Below are positions 7,148 through 14,399 of a stretch of 14,399 nucleotides of DNA, in pieces. The notes beneath the pieces were generated by a model, which saw only the letters and a program-made list of their open reading frames with translations, searched no databases and was not told the origin of the DNA. Source of the DNA: an uncultured archaeon (GTDB taxonomy: Archaea; Asgardarchaeota; Lokiarchaeia; Sigyniarchaeales; SOKP01); assembly GCA_964447495.1 (NCBI GenBank), contig CAYUTF010000083.1:1-14399 (forward strand), given 5' to 3'. Position 1 is the first letter of the stretch, and every line of letters begins with the position of its first letter. The position numbers were made by a program, and so were the translations under genes.

Positions 7148-8074
7148 CTAAGCAAAACTTAGTTCATAGAGTTTTTGATTCGCTTCCATAGGAGTTTTCG
7201 CATTTTTTACTACTTCAAAGAAATCTTTTGAGAGCTTTTTCATCTCCTGTTCAGCATGGTTGGCATGTCCCGACAATGCGATTCTCCCAAAATCAGAATT
7301 AATGAGGTTGAGAAGTTTATTCCTTATTATCGAAAGGGGAATCCACGTAAACATTTTATATTTCTTGGGAAGAATTGGAATATTGATATCTTTTAGAGCT
7401 TTAATATTCTCTCGGAACCCCTTAATTGCTAAGGTAGCAAGCTCTATGTCTTCCCCAAGCCTAATATTTCGGTGCCTTGCAGCATAACTTCCCATAGCTA
7501 ATGGGCTTATTAATGCTGCATGCGTTTTCAACCATGCATCAATATTTTCGCTCAACTCAACTTTAATCCCCGAATTGGTAAATTCTTTTTCAATACTTTT
7601 TAAGCGTTCACTAATTGTTCCATCAAGTTCCCCGACATATAATATAACGTCATCTACATAAGCTGCAAATATCTTATAATCTTCTCTATATCCACCAGGT
7701 CCTCCAAATCCAAGAAGTATTCTACTTCTCTTTATATTTTCTAGATACTCAGCAGCTCCAGAGGGATTATTTCCAGTAAATATTATAGTTGGGCTTATAT
7801 TCTCCCTTAAGATAGGTAAAATTAGACTTACTTGTTGTCGTTGCATGATTACCAATATAACATCGTAGTAATCTTCTTTTTCTAGTTTCTCTACTACATT
7901 TATATCCGTTTTGTACTCTTTATGGAATATGTCGTCCTGAATAATCAATCCATATTGCTTTAGATCTTGTAAACGTTTTCCTCTTGCAAGAATTGAGACA
8001 TCATTCCCACCATTCTTAAGTTTATAGGCAAACATACTACCAATAACTCCTGCTCCATATATTAATATTTTAAT
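7148..8074 (-). CDS. Ketopantoate reductase (PanE/ApbA) family protein, probable ATT start
   Basis: The Rossmann motif (I)KILIYGAGVIGS lies upstream of the listed ATG 8035. It also has LARGKR, YYDVILV, GELDG and WLKTHAA motifs. AGGTGA RBS at 8086-8081. Confidence 0.88.
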   Translation of the reverse strand: MKILIYGAGVIGSMFAYKLKNGGNDVSILARGKRLQDLKQYGLIIQDDIFHKEYKTDINVVEKLEKEDYYDVILVIMQRQQVSLILPILRENISPTIIFTGNNPSGAAEYLENIKRSRILLGFGGPGGYREDYKIFAAYVDDVILYVGELDGTISERLKSIEKEFTNSGIKVELSENIDAWLKTHAALISPLAMGSYAARHRNIRLGEDIELATLAIKGFRENIKALKDINIPILPKKYKMFTWIPLSIIRNKLLNLINSDFGRIALSGHANHAEQEMKKLSKDFFEVVKNAKTPMEANQKLYELSFA

Positions 8075-8160
8075 AATTTTTCACCTGAAAACAAAATTAA
8101 ATTCATAAATAATGAATAGATGAAATCATATTTAAATTTAGTCATGCCTAAATTATTATT

Positions 8161-8198
8161 TTAACTAGGGATAAATGAAGCTTAATATCCTTTGTTAA
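8161..8198. repeat. Imperfect 13-bp inverted repeat in the divergent panE-like/acyl-CoA synthetase intergenic region
   Basis: TTAACTAGGGATA-N12-TATCCTTTGTTAA (11/13 matching). Confidence 0.4.
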
Positions 8199-8411
8199 TT
8201 AATCTATATAACGATCATTAATATCTATAATTAAAAGCTTCAAGAGTGAATCTTTTAAACAATTTAGATTCTAATCCGTCTTATAACAAATATCCTTCTT
8301 TACTAATTAAAAATTTACTCTTTAACTTGAAAATCATATAACCTTTTAATTTTGCCATTAAAAATTCACATTTTAAAGGTATGGTATATTTTCTGATATA
8401 AGTGCATAATA

Positions 8412-9893
8412 GTGATTGAAAAACATTTTCTATATGGCTTTTTAAACCCAAAGAGCGTGGCTTTTTATGGTGCAAATAATAAAGGAAGCTCGTTAGCATC
8501 AATTCAAATAATGAACCTCATAAAATCACGATATGATGGTAATATCTATCCTATCCATCCTAAATTAGAATCAGTTATGGGTTTCAAAGCTTATAAATCA
8601 ATTTCAGATGTACCTGAAATCCCTGATTTAGTAGTGATAGTCCTTCCCGCAAAAATTGTCCCTGAAATTTTTAGAGAATGTGGTGAGAAGGGGGTAAAAA
8701 AGATAATTCTTATTTCAGGAGGGTTTCGTGAACTAATTGAAGACCGTAAAAACACATTAACAGAAGAAATAAATGAAATCTCTCGCAATTATGGAATAAG
8801 GTTTATTGGTCCAAACTGTTTAGGTGTTTTTAATAATTATTATGGGGACTTAGATGAAGATAAAGCATTTAATACCGCAATTTGGGAAAATATTAAAAGA
8901 GGTAACTTTTCAATAGCTTCTCAGAGCGGAACACTCTCAAGCCATATCTGGTTTGATCCAGAAAACTTAGATTTAGGTTTAAGTAAATCACTTTCAGTAG
9001 GGAATGAAGCGAATATTGATATTGTCGATTGTTTAGAATATTATAAAGATGATCCCTATACCAAAGTTATAGGGTTATATATTGAAGAATTAAAACGTGG
9101 AAAACAATTTTTGGCATTGGCAAAACAAATAACCCCACATAAACCAATATTAGCAATATATGTTGGTGGGTCTGAAGCAGGAAACCGTGCTTTACAAAGC
9201 CATACCGGTTCTTTGGCAGGAAATGCAAAAATATATGACGCAGTTTTCAAGGAATCAGGAATAATTAAAACCGAATATGTACAAGAGTTTTTAGATATTG
9301 CTTTAGTTTTATCTAAAGGTGTCTTACCTAAAGGTAGAAGGTTGGCAATAATTACCAATTCAGGGGGTCCTGGAGCGATGATCGCAAATAATGCTGAAAA
9401 ACAAGGATTAGATGTGCCAGAATTATCAAATTTCCTTCAGGAGAAATTGAAAGAGGTTTTACCAGTCACTGCTAGCTTTAAAAACCCAATTGATTGTACA
9501 TTTGATATGAATTTACCCTATTTTTATATTGACCTACCAGAAATGCTAATGAAATCTGGTGAGGTTGATGCAATAATTCAATATGGCGTTGTTGGATTCC
9601 AAGATGTAATGGATGATTATCTCTCCTACGAAAGAATAGCAAAATATGCTGAATTTAAAAGTCAGCCAAGTGAGGTTATGGATGGATTAGCTAAAAAATT
9701 AATGTTGCCTACAATCGCTAATTCAAAAAAATACTCCATTCCTATACTACATATTAGCCCTAAGTGCTTTACAAGTCCATGGTCAAAAAGACTTCGGGAT
9801 AACGGCGCTCTTCTTTTTAAATTTTGGGACAGACCGGTAAATTGTCTTTCAAAAGTATGTGATTATATTGAATTTAAACAAAAAATTTCTTGA
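8412..9893 (+). CDS. acdA: Acyl-CoA synthetase (NDP-forming) alpha subunit / CoA-binding protein
   Basis: NPKSVAFYGA, IYPIHPK, PDLVVIVLP, ISGGFRE, RFIGPNCLG, SQSG, VGNEA, SHTGSLAG (phospho-His), ITNSGGPG, NPID. There is no ATP-grasp domain. Substrate is unknown, so the symbol is family level. Confidence 0.92.
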   Translation: MIEKHFLYGFLNPKSVAFYGANNKGSSLASIQIMNLIKSRYDGNIYPIHPKLESVMGFKAYKSISDVPEIPDLVVIVLPAKIVPEIFRECGEKGVKKIILISGGFRELIEDRKNTLTEEINEISRNYGIRFIGPNCLGVFNNYYGDLDEDKAFNTAIWENIKRGNFSIASQSGTLSSHIWFDPENLDLGLSKSLSVGNEANIDIVDCLEYYKDDPYTKVIGLYIEELKRGKQFLALAKQITPHKPILAIYVGGSEAGNRALQSHTGSLAGNAKIYDAVFKESGIIKTEYVQEFLDIALVLSKGVLPKGRRLAIITNSGGPGAMIANNAEKQGLDVPELSNFLQEKLKEVLPVTASFKNPIDCTFDMNLPYFYIDLPEMLMKSGEVDAIIQYGVVGFQDVMDDYLSYERIAKYAEFKSQPSEVMDGLAKKLMLPTIANSKKYSIPILHISPKCFTSPWSKRLRDNGALLFKFWDRPVNCLSKVCDYIEFKQKIS

Positions 9894-9906
9894 AAAAATA
9901 TTAATT

Positions 9907-10350
9907 TTATATTTTAATTTTCTCAAGTACAAATGAAGGTAATTTACCTTCTTCTATTAAAATCTTTATTAAATTAGGCATACTATTCCACTGTCGAATA
10001 CATAAATTATACTCTTCTTCTGTGATATCTTTCAAATTTTTATATCCATAAGTCAACATTGCTGCAGGATGAGCTATAAGAGGCTTCACTTTTTCACAGG
10101 GAAACGCATCACACTGAGCACAACTATCTAAACCTTTTTCTTTTGCACAAGGTCTAGCTTTGCATCGTTTATCGGCAACTTTATCTCCCTTACTTTTACA
10201 TCCTTCACAGGCTACATTTTCGGCGGTATACATTTCATGGCCTAGGTATTTTCGCCATGCATCAACTAGTTTTTGCCTGACGTTAATATCATCAGATCGA
10301 GCAGCGCATAGATGACAATTATAGCCACAATAACCAATTAAATCGTTCAT
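9907..10350 (-). CDS. DUF3795-like Cys-rich metal-binding protein
   Basis: IGYCGYNCHLC ... CEGC ... CKARPCAKEKGLDSCAQCDAFPCE cysteine pattern. Confidence 0.85.
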   Translation of the reverse strand: MNDLIGYCGYNCHLCAARSDDINVRQKLVDAWRKYLGHEMYTAENVACEGCKSKGDKVADKRCKARPCAKEKGLDSCAQCDAFPCEKVKPLIAHPAAMLTYGYKNLKDITEEEYNLCIRQWNSMPNLIKILIEEGKLPSFVLEKIKI

Positions 10351-10436
10351 AATTACTTCAAATTAACTTTATTAATTGAAAATTTAAGTTTTAGAATTAT
10401 TAAATTAGACTTATTTAATAATGACTCTATTTCCAT

Positions 10437-10616
10437 TCATAACCAAGTATATTCACTTTCATCAATTTTTTTATGAAATTTTTTTTCATCTTTTTTTAAT
10501 TGACTTACTTTACTGTTTGGCGAATAAGAACTTATTGCTTCTTGGTGTGGTTTCTCTTCTTTATCACGTTTATGATCTTTAAGATGATCTACTCTATGTT
10601 CGTATTTTTTACTCAT
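10437..10616 (-). CDS. Small highly charged hypothetical protein (59 aa)
   Basis: MSKKYEHRVDHLKDHKRDKEEK...; ATG 10616 follows an RBS-like GAGTGAT and is preferred over ATG 10652. Confidence 0.6.
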   Translation of the reverse strand: MSKKYEHRVDHLKDHKRDKEEKPHQEAISSYSPNSKVSQLKKDEKKFHKKIDESEYTWL

Positions 10617-10772
10617 ATTAATCACTCTTTTAGAATTAAGTAACTTATTCATAGCTCTTATAATTAGTTTTCGTACATCTTTTGAAAATTTAGGTTTTAA
10701 AATTACTCCGGAATTCTATCAAATCTCCGTGAAAGTAAAAAAGAATCGAAATAAATAATCTTTGATAAATTT

Positions 10773-11180
10773 TTACTCTTCAAATAGATCATCGAATTTT
10801 TCCCCAAGTATATTAGCTATTTTTTCTAATTCGTTTTTATTGAAATACTCTTCGAGTTCTTCATTAGTTATCGCATTTAATTTAATTAGCTTGTCTGTTG
10901 TAATTCCCACTTTAGACGATATATTATCTAAATCTTCAAGAGTCTTGGTTTTTAGCAAATCTTTTACTTTAGGTTCTTGATAAAAGATTTCATTTAATGG
11001 TTTATTTAAAATTTCAGCTATTTTAAAAGAAATAGTTAAAGATGGATTATATGATCCTTTCTCTAAATAATAAACAGTTTGGCGAGAAACTCCTATAAGT
11101 TCAGCTAATTCTTGCTGACTTAAATTAAACTCTTCCCTTATTTCCTTTATGTGTGATTTTACTTTAATCTTAAACTTCAA
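10773..11180 (-). CDS. XRE/Cro-C1 HTH regulator (COG1476-like) with a second degenerate HTH domain
   Basis: IKEIREEFNLSQQELAELIGVSRQTVYYLEKGSYNPSLTISFKIAEILNKPLNEIF, then ISSKVGIT...LEKIANILGEKFDDLF. TTG 11180 follows GGTGGGA; ATG 11216 is the alternative start. Confidence 0.9.
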   Translation of the reverse strand: MKFKIKVKSHIKEIREEFNLSQQELAELIGVSRQTVYYLEKGSYNPSLTISFKIAEILNKPLNEIFYQEPKVKDLLKTKTLEDLDNISSKVGITTDKLIKLNAITNEELEEYFNKNELEKIANILGEKFDDLFEE

Positions 11181-11250
11181 ATAATTCCCACCAAAACTCC
11201 AAAATTCTATTTTCATAGAGAAATTTATGTAAAATAAGCCCTTTTAAAAC

Positions 11251-12072
11251 TTATTTTAGCTTAAAAAGTTCCTCTATTGTACAATTTAAAACTTCAGCTA
11301 TTTTATAAGCTAATACTAAACTAGGATTATATCGCCCCTCTTCTAAATATTTAACCGTTTGTAAGGGAACTCCAACACTTTCAGCTAATTGTGCTGCACT
11401 CAGATTAGCTTTCTCTCTCAGTTCTTTGATTGAGGTCTGTAAGCTTTCGCCTTCCCGAATTTTTGAAAGTATATAACTAATAAAGTTGTCAAATGCTAAT
11501 TCCTGTGGCTTGAAAATTTTATCCTCTAAACCTTCTGGAGTTAGTGATAATTTAGAAATCATCTTCTTAATACTATTTTCAATAATAAAAGGATCTCGTA
11601 GCCCCGGAATATATCCTTCAGGTCCTATCCCTCTTGATTTCGTACCTGAACTTACCGCGCTATGTCCTGCAGTTTCAATTTTAACGGTGTACGTTTTAAA
11701 CATCCTATCGAATACTCCATTTACAATATTTATATTTTGAATTCTTTTATACGGAATTGTCGCTCGCATCTTGGTGAACACTCCATGATTAATAATAATA
11801 TTCTCTTTTTGTATAACATAAGAAAAATTTCGAACATATGCCGAAAAATACCAAGCAGAAATTAGAGCAATTACTAGATATGGAATAGCAACACTACTTA
11901 CTAATAATATTAGAAGAGAATTGAAATCAAGTTGTTTATTAATAAATAACACTAAATATATAGTAATCATTGCGATTGAAGCTATGATTAAGATTAAATT
12001 GTTTTTTAAAACTTCTTTCTTTATGAAATCTCGAGATACTTCACCTTCATATGCATCACTCTCTTTGTTCAC
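11251..12072 (-). CDS. Membrane protein: 2 TM helices + bacterial-type PH domain (bPH_2/YdbS-like) + C-terminal XRE HTH
   Basis: TM pair, then FSYVIQKENIIINHGVFTKMRATIPYKRIQNINIVNGVFDRMFKTYTVKIETAG...IPGL (bPH_2 signature), then IKELREKANLSAAQLAESVGVPLQTVKYLEEGRYNPSLVLAYKIAEVLNCTIEELF. GGAGGA RBS at 12086-12081. Confidence 0.88.
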   Translation of the reverse strand: MNKESDAYEGEVSRDFIKKEVLKNNLILIIASIAMITIYLVLFINKQLDFNSLLILLVSSVAIPYLVIALISAWYFSAYVRNFSYVIQKENIIINHGVFTKMRATIPYKRIQNINIVNGVFDRMFKTYTVKIETAGHSAVSSGTKSRGIGPEGYIPGLRDPFIIENSIKKMISKLSLTPEGLEDKIFKPQELAFDNFISYILSKIREGESLQTSIKELREKANLSAAQLAESVGVPLQTVKYLEEGRYNPSLVLAYKIAEVLNCTIEELFKLK

Positions 12073-12106
12073 TCTCTTTATCCTCCTTTAATTAAATTTA
12101 TTATTA

Positions 12107-12316
12107 TTTATATAAATAAAGTTTACATTTATATTAAAATCTATTGCTTTATTAATTCTTTATAATTTAAGCTACTCTAACAATGTATAATAGACTTTAC
12201 TAGGGAATTAATATTAAAATATTGGAATCTAAATGGAAATTTAATCAAAACATTTAAATGGTCAAAATATTTATATATTATTGTAAAGTATGCTAGTCAT
12301 AAATTAGGTATGACTA
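12107..12316. promoter_or_regulatory. Divergent promoter region with TATA boxes and candidate operators
   Basis: TTTATATAAA 12107-12116 and TTTATATA 12270-12277; TGTATAA-N4-CTTTACT 12184-12201; TGTAAAG-N4-CTAGTCA 12282-12299; perfect inverted repeat TAGTCATA-N7-TATGACTA 12294-12316. Confidence 0.5.
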
Positions 12317-12347
12317 ATAAATAATTAGAAAACGGAAGTGGGAAAAT

Positions 12348-12782
12348 ATGACTAATAGGTCTGAATTGATCTTTTTTAGTAATTATATCGAAGAAAATGA
12401 TGAATCTGCATCACTACATGCCGATAAAAAAGAACTTAATAAATCTTATATCCTTATAGATGAATTTAAGCTGTTAGATTACAAATCAGATGTTGAATCT
12501 AAGAAATCTGTAAAAGATAAGAATCAACAAACCGAAGAAACCTTAATAAAATCATCCAAAATCATAATTCTTACTATCTTTACAAGTTCAGTAATTCAAT
12601 CAATATTCTTTGTATTTATACTTCCTACTAAATTTACTTGGCCAGATCACGTATTAGTATTTTTTCTTGTATTTGGTTGGTGCATGTTCTTCAATAGTAT
12701 TTTCTTTGAATCAGGTGTTATAAAAAAAGTGTCAAATTATTTGAATGTAGCTCTTACAGATTACGATAATTTGGGAGTATAA
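12348..12782 (+). CDS. Hypothetical membrane protein (charged N-terminus, 2 TM; possibly truncated by a premature TAA, extended form ending at 12860)
   Basis: Hydrophobic segments IIILTIFTSSVIQSIFFVFILP and VLVFFLVFGWCMFFNSIFF; in-frame hydrophobic continuation after the stop. Confidence 0.7.
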   Translation: MTNRSELIFFSNYIEENDESASLHADKKELNKSYILIDEFKLLDYKSDVESKKSVKDKNQQTEETLIKSSKIIILTIFTSSVIQSIFFVFILPTKFTWPDHVLVFFLVFGWCMFFNSIFFESGVIKKVSNYLNVALTDYDNLGV

Positions 12783-12909
12783 TGGTACCTATGGTGCCTA
12801 ATAATACTTTTGTCTTCCATCCTAATTCCAAGAACATATTTAATTGAAAAAAAAATTTAAGTAAAAAAGTGTGAAGAAAGCCAAAAATTTGCGATAGAGG
12901 TGATAATTT

Positions 12910-13239
12910 ATGACTGAAATTAAGGAAGATTTAGAAACAAGTAAGTTTGGGTTAATTGATCAAGATTGGCCAAAGTTCAGTTCAGATAAGCTTTTAAAAA
13001 GGAATAATATAAAAGGAAGTTTGGCGTATGCTCTCTTCTTTAATTCTTTATTAATATTTAGCTGTATTGCTCTAATCTGCTTATTCTATGTAATTGGAGG
13101 AATTCTACTTAATCCATTATTTATTTTCGGTATTGTGATTGTCATATTACTCTTTGCACTAATTGAAACGATCTCTCTAGTTGAAAAAGATATTCCAAAA
13201 AAAAACGTTGGTGAGGATAATGATGCTAATAATCACTAA
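12910..13239 (+). CDS. Hypothetical small membrane protein (2 TM)
   Basis: GAGGTGA RBS at 12897-12903; long hydrophobic hairpin LAYALFFNSLLIFSCIALICLFYVIGG/LFIFGIVIVILLFALIE. Confidence 0.8.
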   Translation: MTEIKEDLETSKFGLIDQDWPKFSSDKLLKRNNIKGSLAYALFFNSLLIFSCIALICLFYVIGGILLNPLFIFGIVIVILLFALIETISLVEKDIPKKNVGEDNDANNH

Positions 13240-13369
13240 ACTAAGAAATCTCCGAATTAAAAAGCTAAAATTTTATATTGCAGTTTTCTCATATTTAATA
13301 TTCCTTTCTGTTCCAGCAATTTTAAAAATGGGAATTAAAAGTAGAAAAGATAATACTAACATCTATTAG
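13220..13369 (+). CDS. Putative 49-aa single-TM basic protein
   Basis: GGTGAGG RBS at 13210-13216 before ATGATG at 13220, overlapping the end of the upstream gene; TM segment FYIAVFSYLIFLSVPAIL flanked by Lys/Arg. Confidence 0.45.
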   Translation: MMLIITKLRNLRIKKLKFYIAVFSYLIFLSVPAILKMGIKSRKDNTNIY

Positions 13370-13381
13370 GTTCTCTGAAAT

Positions 13382-14272
13382 TTATCGTTTTTGAGCGATC
13401 ACTATCCCTATTTCAAACCATTCTCCTTCAAACGGTAGAAGATCTAACTCATTCTTCTTACCGATACTCTCTCCAACACTCTTAAATTCAACTTGATTAA
13501 ATCCTCCATCTGAGTGGAAATTAATGACTTCATTTTTTAGAAAAAATTGCGCGATATCCTTAAATCCCTTCTCTTTAAAATAATTTTTAAGGATACTATA
13601 ACCTTTAGAATCCTCCTTAATAACTAAGGTACAATTTAAAAAATTCTCATTCTTCTTCAGAACTCGATATGCTTCCTCTAATCCATCAATGATCTTGTCT
13701 TCCATATTTGTTATTCCTAAGAGTGAGATTACTAAATCGATTCCTTTTTCAATAATTGGGAGGTTTGTGGCATCACATGAAATAAAACTTACTTTTATTT
13801 TTGGATGATACTTCATAATTTTAAGTCTATCTGCCTCCAGAACGGTAAAGCTTAAATCAGTACAAATTAAATGAATTTCTCCATCATTAACATGTTGTAT
13901 TAATTTATTCAGCATTAAACCTCTTCCAGTTGCTATATCCAAGATCACTTTTAGTTGTTTTTCATTAATATAACGAATAATTTCATCTTTTGCCCGATTA
14001 ATTAACTCAATTTGATTTTTTGGGGTTTGAGATAGTATCATCTCGTCCAATTCTTCAAAACTCATCTCCTTTGTTAACTCAGACCATCTATTTATCTTCT
14101 CTTGTTCTTCAACTTCAAAATCAATAACTCCACTTCGAATTTTCCAGATCTTACCGCAATTGCATTTCAATTCTCCAGTAATAATCTCTCCTTTTTCAAT
14201 TATTTGAGATTCTAATTTTAACTTATTCCCGCAATTTGGGCATATAAGCAAGGGAAGAATTTTTTCATACAT
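13382..14272 (-). CDS. Class I SAM-dependent methyltransferase with N-terminal Trm112-like zinc domain
   Basis: ILPLLICPNCGNKLKL...EIITGELKCNCGKIWKIRSGVIDF (Trm112 pattern); motif I VILDIATGRG, CTDLS, CDATNLP, IDLVIS, EAYRVLK. Confidence 0.9.
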   Translation of the reverse strand: MYEKILPLLICPNCGNKLKLESQIIEKGEIITGELKCNCGKIWKIRSGVIDFEVEEQEKINRWSELTKEMSFEELDEMILSQTPKNQIELINRAKDEIIRYINEKQLKVILDIATGRGLMLNKLIQHVNDGEIHLICTDLSFTVLEADRLKIMKYHPKIKVSFISCDATNLPIIEKGIDLVISLLGITNMEDKIIDGLEEAYRVLKKNENFLNCTLVIKEDSKGYSILKNYFKEKGFKDIAQFFLKNEVINFHSDGGFNQVEFKSVGESIGKKNELDLLPFEGEWFEIGIVIAQKR

Positions 14273-14399
14273 ACTAAATCAACTATCTTTTATTTCATAA
14301 TTAGAATAACCAATACTATTTTTAATCAATAAAATAATTAAAACTTTTAATTTAGGAAGGTTTAATACAAAATATTAAAAGTCAATAGATTTAAAATTA

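Noticed and set aside
2090-10616. Selenocysteine recoding (Lokiarchaeia are known to use Sec)
   Set aside because: The TGA stops at 4960, 9893 and 10437 fall at natural C-termini, not at Cys-equivalent positions. The Cys-rich genes have no in-frame TGA, and no SECIS-like hairpin was recognised.
535-11865. Short overlapping ORFs in the track (535-768, 1106-1303, 2482-2748, 5320-5505, 5499-5708, 5817-6017, 6724-6918, 7260-7487, 8281-8502, 8591-8788, 9056-9358, 10762-10980, 11486-11740, 11662-11865)
   Set aside because: They are antisense or out-of-frame shadows of well-supported genes, with no motifs or ribosome-binding sites.
12782-12847. Micro-ORF MVPMVPNNTFVFHPNSKNIFN overlapping the upstream stop (TAATG)
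   Set aside because: Only 21 codons with no recognisable features. The in-frame hydrophobic continuation of the upstream gene explains the region better, though the GGGAG upstream means it is not fully excluded.
1-14399. tRNA, rRNA, CRISPR array, transposase, integrase or defence system
   Set aside because: No GC-rich structured RNA island, no regularly spaced repeats, and no recombinase, nuclease or defence motifs were seen.

Overview
AT-rich (roughly 30% GC by eye) archaeal DNA, most likely from an Asgard archaeon (Lokiarchaeia/Promethearchaeota). This is inferred from a stand-alone longin-fold protein, TTTATATA boxes, GGTGA/GGAGG ribosome-binding sites and the gene repertoire. The window holds about 18 protein genes: a 5'-truncated FG-GAP/BBS2-BBS7-like beta-propeller with two winged-helix-like repeats, a longin protein, a Cys-rich 4Fe-4S protein, a C2H2-type Zn-finger protein, an amphipathic 11-mer repeat protein, an ICMT-family methyltransferase, a PadR regulator, a family III CoA-transferase, a ketopantoate reductase-family protein, an NDP-forming acyl-CoA synthetase alpha subunit, a DUF3795-like protein, a small charged protein, two XRE regulators (one fused to a membrane PH domain), three small membrane proteins and a Trm112-methyltransferase fusion. 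The strongest unexplained signal is a clean 31-nt insertion that splits the otherwise intact CoA-transferase exactly inside its conserved KVE|PP motif. It has a partial bulge-helix-bulge geometry, so it is a candidate archaeal mRNA intron, though a dead insertion or assembly error is equally possible. Other signals are twin 20-bp palindromic operators around the PadR TATA box, an apparently obligatory ATT start codon, and a hidden hydrophobic extension behind a stop codon. No rRNA, tRNA, CRISPR array or transposase was recognised. All family assignments come from motif recognition, not database searches.
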